Below are positions 7,661 through 16,727 of a stretch of DNA of 44,891 nucleotides, piece after piece. The notes below the pieces were generated by a model, which was given only the letters and a program-made list of their open reading frames with translations, was not told the DNA's origin and ran no database searches. The stretch spans positions 1 through 44,891 of the forward strand of contig JAZMZQ010000088.1 in assembly GCA_045586045.1 (NCBI GenBank), written 5' to 3'. This stretch comes from Eubacteriales bacterium. Its GTDB lineage: Bacteria > Bacillota > Clostridia > Oscillospirales > QAKW01. Position 1 is the first letter of the stretch; each line of letters opens with the position of its first letter. The position numbers were made by a program, and so were the translations under genes.

Positions 7661-8367
7661 TGGAGCAGATGGAAAGCAAGCTCAATACCCTTTGGGAGCA
7701 TTTTTCGAGGGTTTCCATCCTTTCCGATAAAAATGGCTGCAAGACCCTGCGAATCCGCCATCAGAAGACCGAGCGGGATTATATTTTGCATCAGCTTTCG
7801 GAGCCAAACCCTGTCTATGAGACCCTTTGCGCGCTTCGTCATCCTAATCTTCCGGCAGTCTATGAGATATTTTACTGCCAAGACGGCATGCTGGTTTTGG
7901 AGGAATATATTGAAGGTCTCAATGCGGCTCAGGTGGCCGAGAGCGGCCGCTACCGTAAGCGGGGCGCCAAAAAGGTGGCGGAAGGGATCTGCCGAGGGCT
8001 GATGGTTCTTCATGGAGAGGGCTTTATCCATCGGGATATCAAGCCGGAGAATGTGATGATCGGGAAGGATGGCAGGGTGGTGCTGATCGATTTCAACGCC
8101 GCCCGAAGAAAAAGCCAAAAATCCCGCGACACCGTCATTATGGGCACAGTTGGATTTGCCCCGCCGGAGCAGTTAGGGCTTTCCCAAAGCGATGAGCGGG
8201 TCGATATCTATGCGGTGGGTGTGCTGCTGAACATTTTACTCACCGGCCAATATCCCACCGAGGAGCTGGCGGGCGGGCGTCTTGGGCGGATCATTCGCCG
8301 CTGCACCAGAGTGCGGGCAAGGGAGCGCTATCAATCGGCAAGAAGGCTTTATTGGGCGTTGAAATAA
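7657..8367 (+). CDS. Stand-alone Hanks-type Ser/Thr protein kinase domain, atypical motifs
   Basis: [12 protein letters not shown] catalytic loop; LIDFNAA (DFN instead of DFG); GFAPPE for APE; no clear GxGxxG loop. ATG 7657 overlaps the upstream stop (ATGA), with GAGGAG 8 nt upstream. Confidence 0.75.
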   Translation: MMEQMESKLNTLWEHFSRVSILSDKNGCKTLRIRHQKTERDYILHQLSEPNPVYETLCALRHPNLPAVYEIFYCQDGMLVLEEYIEGLNAAQVAESGRYRKRGAKKVAEGICRGLMVLHGEGFIHRDIKPENVMIGKDGRVVLIDFNAARRKSQKSRDTVIMGTVGFAPPEQLGLSQSDERVDIYAVGVLLNILLTGQYPTEELAGGRLGRIIRRCTRVRARERYQSARRLYWALK

Positions 8368-8404
8368 AAATGCGGGAGAAAATTTATTTTTCTCCCGCAT
8401 TTTT
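8367..8404 (+). terminator. Terminator hairpin of the kinase operon (copy 1 of a duplicated hairpin)
   Basis: 16-bp stem AAAATGCGGGAGAAAA / TTTTCTCCCGCATTTT, loop TTTAT, starting at the stop codon. An identical hairpin recurs at 8691-8727. Confidence 0.7.
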
Positions 8405-8442
8405 AGCGTGTCAAAAACCTCCGCAGGAGTTTTTGACACGCT
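8405..8442. repeat. Long inverted repeat built from the TTTTTGACACGCT junction motif
   Basis: AGCGTGTCAAAAACCTCC gca GGAGTTTTTGACACGCT; about 17-bp arms with one bulged C. Confidence 0.8.
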
Positions 8443-8577
8443 GGGAGACTCTCAAAAAAGAGTGCAGATTTCGTCGATCCGTTCTCGTCGGCGTACATAG
8501 GTACGGTAGAGGGCGGATCGGCGGAAAGCAGAAAAATTCAATCGAAATCCGCATTACTATGCGGATTTCTTCCTTTT
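8433..8577 (+). repeat. Structured repeat 'unit B', copy 1 (candidate small RNA with its own terminator-like hairpin)
   Basis: About 95% identical by hand alignment to 25188-25327. 13-bp helix 8472-8484 / 8511-8523 enclosing CGTAC-atag-GTACG. Terminal stem AAATCCGCA / TGCGGATTT (8545-8568), then a T-rich tail. Confidence 0.8.
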
Positions 8578-8590
8578 GAAGGAACAGAGG

Positions 8591-8690
8591 GGAAAAAGTA
8601 GCAACCTCCTTCTCCTTTGCTATCTTAAAGAAGCGGGAAATCTTTTTTGTTTTTTCTTTTTCTGCGGTCGGTGCCTTTTTTGACAGTCTG
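8591..8690 (+). repeat. Diverged 'unit A' repeat plus conserved junction TTCTGCGGTCGGTGCC-TTTTTTGACAGTCTG
   Basis: The 3' 35 nt match the junctions at 16660-16684 and 25165-25193 / 25413-25445 almost exactly. The upstream part is only about 65% like unit A by eye. Confidence 0.5.
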
Positions 8691-8727
8691 AAAATGCGGG
8701 AGAAAATTTATTTTTCTCCCGCATTTT
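8691..8727 (+). repeat. Second copy of the 8367-8404 hairpin, just upstream of the glnS promoter
   Basis: AAAATGCGGGAGAAAATTTATTTTTCTCCCGCATTTT, identical to copy 1. Confidence 0.9.
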
Positions 8728-8734
8728 ATTAGGA

Positions 8735-8763
8735 TTGATTTTTTTGATTTTCTGCGATATAAT
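8735..8763 (+). promoter_or_regulatory. Sigma-A-type promoter of glnS
   Basis: TTGATT (8735-8740), 17-nt spacer, TATAAT (8758-8763). It overlaps the first in-frame ATG (8766), which argues for the ATG at 8793. Confidence 0.55.
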
Positions 8764-8792
8764 AAATGGAGATTATAGGAAAGGCATTAAAA

Positions 8793-10475
8793 ATGGAAGA
8801 GAAAAGACAAGAGATTTCTAATTTTATAACCACCTTCATTAAAGAGGATCTGGCAGCAAATCCCGAGATGAAGATTCATACCCGCTTTCCCCCCGAGCCC
8901 AATGGCTATCTCCATATCGGCCATTGCAAGGCCATGGCCATCGATTTCGGCATGGCGCGGCGCTTCGGCGGGATCTGCAATCTCAGAATGGACGATACCA
9001 ACCCCGCCAAGGAAGAGACGGAGTTTGTAGATGCCATTCAAGAGGATATCCATTGGCTGGGCTTCGATTGGGGGGATCGCTTCTTCTATGGGTCCGATTA
9101 TTTTGAGAAGGACTATGAATTTGCGGTGCGGCTCATCAAGAAGGGCCTAGCCTATGTCTGCGAGCTGAGCCCCGAGGAGATGCGGGATCCCAAATATTGC
9201 GGGGATGTCAATCATCCTGCCGTCTCCCCTTGGAGAGATCGGCCCATCGAGGAGAGCCTTGATCTTTTTGAGCGGATGAAAGCGGGCGAATTCCCCGATG
9301 GGAAATATACCTTGCGAGCAAAGATTGATCTTGCCTCCGGCAATTTCTGGCTCCGCGATCCTGCCATTTATCGGATTCGCCATGTGGAGCATCATCGCCA
9401 AGGGTCCAAATGGTGCATCTATCCCCTTTATGATTTTGCCCATCCCATTCAGGATGCGCTGGAAGGGGTTACCCACTCCCTTTGCGATATCAACTATGAG
9501 ATCCATCGCCCCCTTTATAACTGGGTGATTGAGAATGTATTTGAAGAAGGGGAGCTTGCCTATAAGGGCTTCCCCCGCCAGATTGAATTTGCAAGAATGA
9601 ATCTCACTTATACCGTCCTTTCCAAGCGTTTTCTTCGCGGCTTGGTCGAGGATGGGGTGGTAGATGGCTGGGATGATCCTCGGATGCCCACCCTCTGCGG
9701 CCTGAGAAGAAGAGGCTATTCCGGCGAGGCAATCCTGCGCTTTGTAGAAGGGGCGGGGGTTGCCAAGAGCGAGAATCTCATCGATATCCGCCAGCTGGAG
9801 GCCTGCATCCGCGATGAGCTGAACGATACGGCCTATCGGCGGATCGCCATTCAGAAGCCCATCAAGGTGGTGCTGACCAACTATCCTGAAGATCAGAAGG
9901 AATTCTTTGATCTGCCCAATCATCCCCAAAAGCCGGAGCTGGGCACCCGCCCCGTTCCCTTTACTAAAGAGCTTTATATCGACGAGAGCGATTTTGCGGA
10001 AGTGCCCCCCTCGAAATTCTTCCGCATGAAGCCCGATGGCGAGGTGCGGCTGATGGGCGCCTATCTGGTTACCTGCAATGAGATCATTAAAAATGAAGAT
10101 GGCTCTATCAAGGAGCTTCATTGCACCGCCGATCTGGAGACCCGCAACGGCATGCCGGCCGATGGTCATAAGGTGAAGGGCACCATCCATTGGCTCTCTG
10201 CCGAGAATGTAATCCCTGCCACCCTGCGGCTTTATGAGCAGCTGACCACGCTGGAGGATCCTGCCGCTCTGCCCGAGGGCAAGACCTATACCGATTTCCT
10301 CAACCCCGAATCCTTGACGGTTGTGGAAGGGGCGCTTTTGGAGGCCAATCTTGCGGAGGCGAAAGCCGGGGAGAAATTCCAGTTTGTGCGGGATGGCTAC
10401 TATGTGAAGGATACCAAATATGAAAACACCTTCAACCGAGTAGTCGGCTTGAAAGATAGCTTCCCGAAGAAGTAA
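8793..10475 (+). CDS. glnS: Glutaminyl-tRNA synthetase
   Basis: RFPPEPNGYLHIGHCKA (HIGH motif), LTYTVLSKR (KMSKS-type motif), and GlnRS-like sequence along the full length. AGGAAAGG lies upstream of ATG 8793; the ORF opens at 8766. Confidence 0.9.
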   Translation: MEEKRQEISNFITTFIKEDLAANPEMKIHTRFPPEPNGYLHIGHCKAMAIDFGMARRFGGICNLRMDDTNPAKEETEFVDAIQEDIHWLGFDWGDRFFYGSDYFEKDYEFAVRLIKKGLAYVCELSPEEMRDPKYCGDVNHPAVSPWRDRPIEESLDLFERMKAGEFPDGKYTLRAKIDLASGNFWLRDPAIYRIRHVEHHRQGSKWCIYPLYDFAHPIQDALEGVTHSLCDINYEIHRPLYNWVIENVFEEGELAYKGFPRQIEFARMNLTYTVLSKRFLRGLVEDGVVDGWDDPRMPTLCGLRRRGYSGEAILRFVEGAGVAKSENLIDIRQLEACIRDELNDTAYRRIAIQKPIKVVLTNYPEDQKEFFDLPNHPQKPELGTRPVPFTKELYIDESDFAEVPPSKFFRMKPDGEVRLMGAYLVTCNEIIKNEDGSIKELHCTADLETRNGMPADGHKVKGTIHWLSAENVIPATLRLYEQLTTLEDPAALPEGKTYTDFLNPESLTVVEGALLEANLAEAKAGEKFQFVRDGYYVKDTKYENTFNRVVGLKDSFPKK

Positions 10476-10581
10476 GGGCTGTTAAAATTGCCCGAACCGC
10501 AAAGGGCAAAAAGGACTTGTTTCAGTATATCATAAGCCTTGTTTTCTGTTTTTTGTTTGCGGATTATCAATGAAAAAGGAA

Positions 10582-10616
10582 GAAACCCATCGAAAAGTCG
10601 ATGGGTTTCTTTTTTT
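10582..10616 (+). terminator. glnS terminator
   Basis: GAAACCCATCGA aaag TCGATGGGTTTC followed by T7. Confidence 0.85.
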
Positions 10617-10628
10617 AATGGCGCTCTA

Positions 10629-11459
10629 TTAAAATCTTCGCTTGAAAAAGCGGATGTTGCTGATCCGCTCTTCATGATGAAGGGCGGGATCATGAGGGAG
10701 CGTGGTGGCAGGCTCGATATATTGCACCGCTACCCCTTCCTCGGAAAGGATCAACTCGCAAAAGCCCCAAAGCTGCTCTTGGGGTTTGCCGGTATAGGAA
10801 TAATTTCCATCATGGTAGATGGAGACCTCTGCACCGTATTCCGAAAGATCGGTGATTTTATTAAGATGATCATGGCCGCAGAATAAAAGGGTGATCCGCT
10901 TTTCCTTTTGGAGGAAATCGAAGAATTCTTGGGGCTCCTTGGTCAGTTCAAACCAGTGGGAGAGCAGGATAACGGGAGCATCGGGATAAAGCTCCATCTG
11001 TTCCGTGATAAAGGGAAGGTCGGTGGGGGTATAGGTACCGTCGCTATGCTCCGTGGGGTCTAAGTTTCCTGCAAAATTATCGCAGCCGATAAAGAGCCAT
11101 CCGCCCACTTTTTTTGCCCATTTGCGGGAGTTTCCGGTGAGCTCTTTCCATTTTTCTTCTCCATACTGCTCATGGTTGCCCGCCAGCATCAGATAGGGGG
11201 CGGGCAGGCGGGATGCAAATTCTTTGATAAAGCGGGCGGTATAGCTTTTGCCCTCGTTGAGATAGCAGCCCTTGATATCCCAAGCCCAGAAATCCAGAGA
11301 ATAATCTCCCAACATGAAAACATGGCTATAAGGGCGATTTACATAAGTTTTTTCCATGGCAAAAAGCCATTCCTCCAGCCGCTCTTCGCCGGTGGGGCCA
11401 TACCAATCTCGATGGCAAAGATGCAGATCGGAGCAGATGATAATGCGGTGATCTTTCAT
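10629..11459 (-). CDS. Calcineurin-like metallophosphoesterase
   Basis: IICSDLHLCH, MLGDYSLDF, LAGNHE and FCGHDH metal-ligand blocks. GGGAGGAA lies upstream of ATG 11459. Confidence 0.75.
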   Translation of the reverse strand: MKDHRIIICSDLHLCHRDWYGPTGEERLEEWLFAMEKTYVNRPYSHVFMLGDYSLDFWAWDIKGCYLNEGKSYTARFIKEFASRLPAPYLMLAGNHEQYGEEKWKELTGNSRKWAKKVGGWLFIGCDNFAGNLDPTEHSDGTYTPTDLPFITEQMELYPDAPVILLSHWFELTKEPQEFFDFLQKEKRITLLFCGHDHLNKITDLSEYGAEVSIYHDGNYSYTGKPQEQLWGFCELILSEEGVAVQYIEPATTLPHDPALHHEERISNIRFFKRRF

Positions 11460-11515
11460 AAAAATTCCTCCCTTGGTATTAAGTATATTTTAAGAAATAA
11501 TGAAAGGAATGTCAA

Positions 11516-12274
11516 TTATCTTCTTTTTCGAAAATCCATGGGAGAACACCCTGCTTTTTTCTTGAAAAGACGGGAAAAATAAGCCGACTCCATGCCACAT
11601 TGTTCGGCAATTTCGCCAATGGAGAGGGCAGATTTTCGGAGCAGATTTTTAGCAAGCTCTATTCGTTTGGCAAGAATATATTCATTGATCCCTTGCCCGA
11701 AATGAGCAGAGAAGGCGCGATGGAGTGTGTTTTTGGATAGATGAAAGCGATTGGAGAGATCCTCAACCCGAAGTCTTTCGCTAAGATGCTCATGAATAAA
11801 GGCGGCAAGTTCTTCTGCCAAGGAACTGATTTTTTCATGGATGGCGCTATGGAAAAGGATATGGGGAAGAAGGTTATAAAGAGATTTGATTTGCTCTTCG
11901 CCCAGCTGAGGAAGGGCCTCATAAAGAGGATCGTTTCTTTGGGGGGATCGCTCTGACCGCACCTGACCCATCAAGATAAAGCCCGCCACGGAATCTCCTT
12001 TCATGATGGGCATCGCGGAATCATATAAACCTTGATGGCATAAATGATGCTCTAATTTTTTGGTTTTACTGCATTTTTCCAAGAGAGCCGCATCGCTTTT
12101 TATGCATTTCTCGGCAGATCCGTTTTTTTGAATACAAGCGCAATAGTTTCCCTCTTGGCGGAAGCCCACCAAAAGGTGCCCCTTGGCATCCAGCAAGGAG
12201 ATGGAAATGCCGGTCAGCCGATGAATATCCCCAATCAGCTGCTGTAATAGATGAAGATCATAGGTAAATTCCAT
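11516..12274 (-). CDS. AraC-family regulator with an N-terminal PocR-type sensor domain
   Basis: Cys-containing PocR-like region (GNYCACIQKNGSAEKCIKSDAALLEKC). C-terminal AraC HTH (LSIGEIAEQCGMESAYFSRLFKKKAGCSPMDFR). Confidence 0.75.
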   Translation of the reverse strand: MEFTYDLHLLQQLIGDIHRLTGISISLLDAKGHLLVGFRQEGNYCACIQKNGSAEKCIKSDAALLEKCSKTKKLEHHLCHQGLYDSAMPIMKGDSVAGFILMGQVRSERSPQRNDPLYEALPQLGEEQIKSLYNLLPHILFHSAIHEKISSLAEELAAFIHEHLSERLRVEDLSNRFHLSKNTLHRAFSAHFGQGINEYILAKRIELAKNLLRKSALSIGEIAEQCGMESAYFSRLFKKKAGCSPMDFRKRR

Positions 12275-12405
12275 AAGCCCCTCCTTTTTGCATTATCATA
12301 GCACATTTGGTTCAAAAATGCAAGAAAATGGGAGGATATTGAATGGCAAAAACCGAAAAAGCGTGGTATAAATAAAGCGTAACAAAAAAAGAGAAGGAAA
12401 GATTG

Positions 12406-13251
12406 ATGAACGCACTTATTTTGAGTTCCATTATTTTAGGCTGCGCTGCCCAAGATCTTTTAAGAAAAGTTTTTGCCAACAAACGGGGGAGCCATGGCGC
12501 TTTTTTCTATGCCGCCATCAGCACCTTTTTTGCATTGCTTTTCTTTGCGGCAGGAGGCATTGGAAGGTTTCCTCTTGGGCTTTTGCCGTATGCTTTGGCC
12601 TTTGGCCTCTCTTATGGGGTGGCAGGGTTTTGCGCTGTATGGGCGGTGGGCTGCGGCCCCTTATCCCTTACCAGCCTGATGATCTCTTATTCTTTGATGC
12701 TGCCCACCCTTTATGGCTTGATCTTTTTGAAAGATCCTATGGGGAAAGGATTTATAGCAGGGCTTCTTTTGCTGGTACTTTCGCTATGGTTGGTCAGCAA
12801 AAAGGATGAGAAGGTAGAATTTTCCTTTCGCTGGGTGATCTTAACGTTTTTTGCCTTTTTGGGCAATGGTGGATGCTCCATCTTTCAGAAGATGCAGCAG
12901 GTTGCCTTTGAGGGGGCTTATAAAAACGAACTGATGGTTCTCGCCCTCGGCATCGCCCTTCCCATTCTTTTGGGAATCGCTCTTATTAGCGAGAAGGGCG
13001 AATGGAAAGAAAATTTTAAGGCAGGTACCCTTCCTGCCGCATTGGCAGGTCTTGCCAATGGTGTGGTGAATCTTTTGGTAATGATCCTTTCAGGCAGAAT
13101 GGCGGTTTCGGTGATGTTTCCGCTGATCTCTGCAGGAGGGTTATTGGTCGTATTCTTCGTCTCTCGCTTCATTTTCAAAGAAAATCTGACCAAACGGCAG
13201 ATGCTGGGCTTCTTTTTTGGAATGGGGTCCATTGTCTTATTGAGCATATAG
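12406..13251 (+). CDS. Multi-pass membrane transporter, DMT/EamA-like
   Basis: About 10 hydrophobic helices throughout. ATG 12406 follows GAAGGAAAG (the track start at 12403 is TTG). Divergent from the AraC gene. Confidence 0.5.
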   Translation: MNALILSSIILGCAAQDLLRKVFANKRGSHGAFFYAAISTFFALLFFAAGGIGRFPLGLLPYALAFGLSYGVAGFCAVWAVGCGPLSLTSLMISYSLMLPTLYGLIFLKDPMGKGFIAGLLLLVLSLWLVSKKDEKVEFSFRWVILTFFAFLGNGGCSIFQKMQQVAFEGAYKNELMVLALGIALPILLGIALISEKGEWKENFKAGTLPAALAGLANGVVNLLVMILSGRMAVSVMFPLISAGGLLVVFFVSRFIFKENLTKRQMLGFFFGMGSIVLLSI

Positions 13252-13262
13252 GAGGATAAAAG

Positions 13263-15152
13263 ATGTATAAAATTTCTGTTCCCGTTATGTTGCATACTTT
13301 GCATCGCAGCGATTTTAATCAATTGGTCGAAGAATTGCGGGCGTTTGATTGCGATCGAGTTTTTCTTGCTTGGGGGCAATATGAGCAAAAGCCGGAGCGC
13401 CGTGAGGAAGGCCTCCGCCTTTTAAGGGAGTATTGCACGCGCTTTAAGGCGGAAGGGTTCGAGGTTGGGGTATGGAATTGGACCTTTTGGTTTTTGGAAG
13501 ACCACCCCTTTGCCAATATGCGCTCCCTTTCCGGAAAAGAGATCAAGCAATTTGCCTGCCCAACCGATGAGGCATTTTGCGATTTTGCCGCCGAGTATGT
13601 GAAAGACCTTGCTCAGTGCGGAGTGGATATCATCCAATTTGATGATGATTTTCGCTATGGATATCTGGCAGATATCACCGCCTGCCTTTGCGATAACCAT
13701 ATCAAAAAAATCAATGCATTGGTGGGCGAAAATTTGGATCGAGAAGCCCTTGCCGAGAAAATCCTTCAGGGCGGGAAGAATAAATATCGCTCCGCTTGGC
13801 TGAAAGTCAATGGAGATGCCTTGCGCCATTTTGGCAAAAGAATGAGGGAGGCGGCGGATGAGATCAATCCCGCAATTCGCCTCAGCCAATGCACCTGCAT
13901 GAGCACTTGGGATACCGATGGCACCGATGGTTTTGAGATAGCTAAAATTCTCGCAGGCAAAAATAAGCCGCTTATGCGATTGAACGGCGCTCCCTATTGG
14001 AGTGTTCATCAAAGTTGGGGAAATTCTTTGGCTGATGTGGTGGAGCTTTCTCGCATGGAGAGCGTTTGGAGCCGCCAAGGAGAGGTTGAGATCGTAGCGG
14101 AAGGGGATGTTTATCCTCGCCCCCGTATCCAGTGCCCTGCAAACTATCTGGAAGGTTTTGATACTGCCATCCGCGCATCCGGATGCACTGATGGTATTTT
14201 GAAATACGGGATGGACTATGTCTCTCCTGCCGATTATGAGATAGGCTATCGAAAGCTTCATCAAAGAAATAGAGCGCTTTATCAAGAAATTGATGGGATC
14301 TTTGAAAATAAAAAAGCCTGCGGTGTTCGGGTCTATGAGGCCATGAAAAAAGCAGAGGAAGCAGATCTTACCGCAAGAGCAAAAGAGCCCCTAAAGCCTG
14401 AGGATCTTTTCTTTTCAAAAGCGGCGCGCTCCTTGGCAGCTTGCGCAGTTCCAACAACTTATGAGGGGAATGGAATCTGCGGCATCGCCTTTGATGAAAA
14501 TTGCCGTAATCTGCCCCTTGATACTTTGAAAAACGGCATGATTTTGGATATTCGGGGAGCAGAGATTTTGCAGCAGCGGGGAGTAGACGTTGGCATTGAT
14601 TCCATCGGGAATTGCCAATTTGCGGAAGAAGAAATTTTTACCGCCGATGAACTTGCCGTCCATGCCTATGGCGCCCCTGTTTTTGAACTCTCCCTTGCAA
14701 AAGGCGCCGAGATATTGAGCAAAATCAAAGTAGGCGATCAAATGATTCCTTTCTCTTATCGCTATAAAAATAAAAAAGGTCAACGCTTTTTGGTGCTGAA
14801 TATGGATACCCGCCATGAAAAATGCGACCGCCGCAAGCGCAGCGATGCTCTTTTGCGCCATTATGCAAGAGGGCGGCAATATGCGCAGGAGATCCAATGG
14901 CTTTCGGGCAAAAGCCTTCCCGCCTTTACCTGCGGCCATCCCGATCTTTATCTGCAAACCAAAGAGAAGGATGGGGTGCTTGCCATCGGTCTTTGGAATT
15001 TCTTTGCCGATCCTGCCATGGAGCCGGTGGTGGAGCTTGCTAAAGAATATTCCTCCGCTCGCTTTGTTAACTGCCAAGGAAAGCTGAAAGGGGATAAAAT
15101 CTTCTTGGAAGATATTCCCCCTTATGGCTTTGCCTTTATTGAATTAAAATAA
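13263..15152 (+). CDS. Uncharacterised glycoside-hydrolase-like (GHL-type) protein, distant paralog of 35579-37621
   Basis: AGGAGG upstream. Block FACPTDEAFCDFAAEYVKDLAQCGVDIIQFDDDFRYGY...ACLCDNH parallels GFCPRNPDFQEAYQDYVKYLISETGIDGLSADDALYY...ACGCSHC in the 680-aa protein. Confidence 0.45.
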   Translation: MYKISVPVMLHTLHRSDFNQLVEELRAFDCDRVFLAWGQYEQKPERREEGLRLLREYCTRFKAEGFEVGVWNWTFWFLEDHPFANMRSLSGKEIKQFACPTDEAFCDFAAEYVKDLAQCGVDIIQFDDDFRYGYLADITACLCDNHIKKINALVGENLDREALAEKILQGGKNKYRSAWLKVNGDALRHFGKRMREAADEINPAIRLSQCTCMSTWDTDGTDGFEIAKILAGKNKPLMRLNGAPYWSVHQSWGNSLADVVELSRMESVWSRQGEVEIVAEGDVYPRPRIQCPANYLEGFDTAIRASGCTDGILKYGMDYVSPADYEIGYRKLHQRNRALYQEIDGIFENKKACGVRVYEAMKKAEEADLTARAKEPLKPEDLFFSKAARSLAACAVPTTYEGNGICGIAFDENCRNLPLDTLKNGMILDIRGAEILQQRGVDVGIDSIGNCQFAEEEIFTADELAVHAYGAPVFELSLAKGAEILSKIKVGDQMIPFSYRYKNKKGQRFLVLNMDTRHEKCDRRKRSDALLRHYARGRQYAQEIQWLSGKSLPAFTCGHPDLYLQTKEKDGVLAIGLWNFFADPAMEPVVELAKEYSSARFVNCQGKLKGDKIFLEDIPPYGFAFIELK

Positions 15153-15156
15153 ATAA

Positions 15157-15189
15157 AAAGCCTGATGAAAATTCATCAGGCTTTATTTT
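15157..15189. terminator. Bidirectional terminator between convergent genes
   Basis: AAAGCCTGATGAA / TTCATCAGGCTTT stem with T-runs on both strands. Confidence 0.8.
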
Positions 15190-16503
15190 TTATTTCAGAG
15201 TTACAACGCCGATTCCATCTTCATTAATGGTAATTTCGGTGCCGAAGGGCTTGCTCATTTCGGCATACCGCTCGATGATGCCCTTATCGGTGCGGATGGT
15301 GGGGGTGCCCATCCAATAGCGGGTTTGGCCAAAGCCCAGTTCGATGGGGAGCAGCTCCAGATGGGTAAGCGTTCCATCCTCCATTTCAAAGTAGGGGACA
15401 ATCGCCTCCAGCATCCGATGGTCGGTCAAAAGGCCGCAGGTATAATTGCGGGAGCGGCGGCGATAAACCTCATTGAGGGGAGAATCGGAGGTGAGGCCGT
15501 ATTTTTCATACATATCCTCCGGCTGGACCGTTACGCTTTCGTTATGGAGCATGAAATCGCCCAAGGAATAGAAGATGGGGCGGTTTTTATAAAGCTCTAA
15601 GGGGCGTAAAAGATGGGGGCCATGGCCGATCACGGCATGGGCGCCCAAATCAATGGCCCGATGAGCAAATTCCTGCAGGAAGGCGGGGGCATTTTCCTTG
15701 CTATCGCCCTCTGCCGCATGGCAATGGACGCTGACAAGGATATAATCAGCCTGCGTGGAGGCTTGCTGAATGGATTGGGCCAGACGATCCATATCTCCTT
15801 GATGGAGGGTGATATGATATTTGGTCTGCTCGCCCTTATGGAAGGTGGTCATATAGCCCAGCTCTACCGATTCATCCTCTGCCCTTGCCGCAGAATACCC
15901 TTCTCCGCGGGCGATCTTAATGCTATCGTTGACGCCGCTGATATCGGCAATTTCTCTCAAAACCTCCAGCTGCTCGGGGGTTACCTCAAAATGGCGGGGA
16001 GTCCGCAAAGGGTTGACTCCGGGGCGGCCGGGGGTGCGGCGGCCCTGCTTGCCGGCCATGGCAGCAAGGTTGACAAAATCAGTATTAATAGAGATCAGCG
16101 CGACTCTGCCCTTCGGAGTCTCCAGATAAGCGGGAGCGGCCGCCTCATCCAGATTCATGCCTACTCCTGCATGGACAAAATCGGTCTTCTTCAATTCCTC
16201 CAAGGTATGGATCATCCCGCCATAGCCCCAATCGAAGGTATGGTTATTATTAAAGGTGGTCATATTAAATCCATAGTCTGCGCAGATCTTTAGGGTGCGG
16301 GGATCGGATTGATGGTGGGAGCCCCCATTGAATTGATTGCCCCAAAGATCCTCTTTATAGATGATCGATTCAAAGTTCATAAAACGGGCATCGCCCTTCT
16401 TGATATAATCCCGCAAGGGAAGAAATCCTTCATAGTCGGTGGAAATTACCCGCTGAATCAGCATATCGCCGGCAGCGGTAAAGGTCATTTTCGGCAGTTT
16501 CAT
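15190..16503 (-). CDS. CapA-family (PGA_cap) metallophosphatase-like protein
   Basis: FTAAGDMLI start, DYILVSVHCHAAEG and AIDLGAHAVIGHGPHLLRPLE...FYSLGDF blocks typical of CapA/PgsA-like proteins. Confidence 0.65.
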   Translation of the reverse strand: MKLPKMTFTAAGDMLIQRVISTDYEGFLPLRDYIKKGDARFMNFESIIYKEDLWGNQFNGGSHHQSDPRTLKICADYGFNMTTFNNNHTFDWGYGGMIHTLEELKKTDFVHAGVGMNLDEAAAPAYLETPKGRVALISINTDFVNLAAMAGKQGRRTPGRPGVNPLRTPRHFEVTPEQLEVLREIADISGVNDSIKIARGEGYSAARAEDESVELGYMTTFHKGEQTKYHITLHQGDMDRLAQSIQQASTQADYILVSVHCHAAEGDSKENAPAFLQEFAHRAIDLGAHAVIGHGPHLLRPLELYKNRPIFYSLGDFMLHNESVTVQPEDMYEKYGLTSDSPLNEVYRRRSRNYTCGLLTDHRMLEAIVPYFEMEDGTLTHLELLPIELGFGQTRYWMGTPTIRTDKGIIERYAEMSKPFGTEITINEDGIGVVTLK

Positions 16504-16586
16504 GAGCAGTTTTCTCCTTTTTGGTTTCTATTGGCAGTATATCATACCCATATCCTATTTTCAAGAGCTGAAAATAAGACGCTCAA

Positions 16587-16686
16587 AAAAGAGTAGGATT
16601 TCTTTTTCCTTGGGATTTATAGAATCAGCAGAATTCCTTTATTCTCTTCTTTTCTGCGGTCTGTGCTCTTTTTTGACAGTCTGGAA
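16587..16686 (+). repeat. 'Unit A' repeat, copy c, plus TTTTTTGACAGTCTG junction
   Basis: GAGTAGGATTTCTTTTTCCTTGGGATTTATAGAATCAGCAGAATTCCTTTATTCTCTTCTTTTCTGCGGTCTGTGC aligns with 25098-25182 and 25346-25430. Confidence 0.8.
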
Positions 16687-16722
16687 AAAGGCTGTGAAAA
16701 CCGAAAGGTCTTCACAGCCTTT
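16687..16722 (-). terminator. Terminator of the giant adhesin gene
   Basis: AAAGGCTGTGAA / TTCACAGCCTTT stem 5 nt after the stop, with T-runs on both strands. Confidence 0.7.
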
Positions 16723-16727
16723 TTTAT

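Noticed and set aside
8367-8727. Possible CRISPR array, because of the identical 37-nt hairpin at 8367 and 8691
   Set aside because: There are only two copies, 324 bp apart, separated by other repeat modules rather than spacers. No further repeats or cas genes are present.
8405-8792. T-box or other riboswitch leader upstream of glnS
   Set aside because: I looked for a specifier-loop / T-box (…GGUGGUACCGCG-like) pattern and an antiterminator. None was found. The region is filled by the A/B repeat units, and a near-consensus promoter sits only about 30 nt before the start codon.
8793-10475. GlnRS as a horizontally acquired oddity in a Firmicute
   Set aside because: Many Clostridia encode a genuine GlnRS, and composition here looks like the flanking core genes. 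It is not unusual enough to report.
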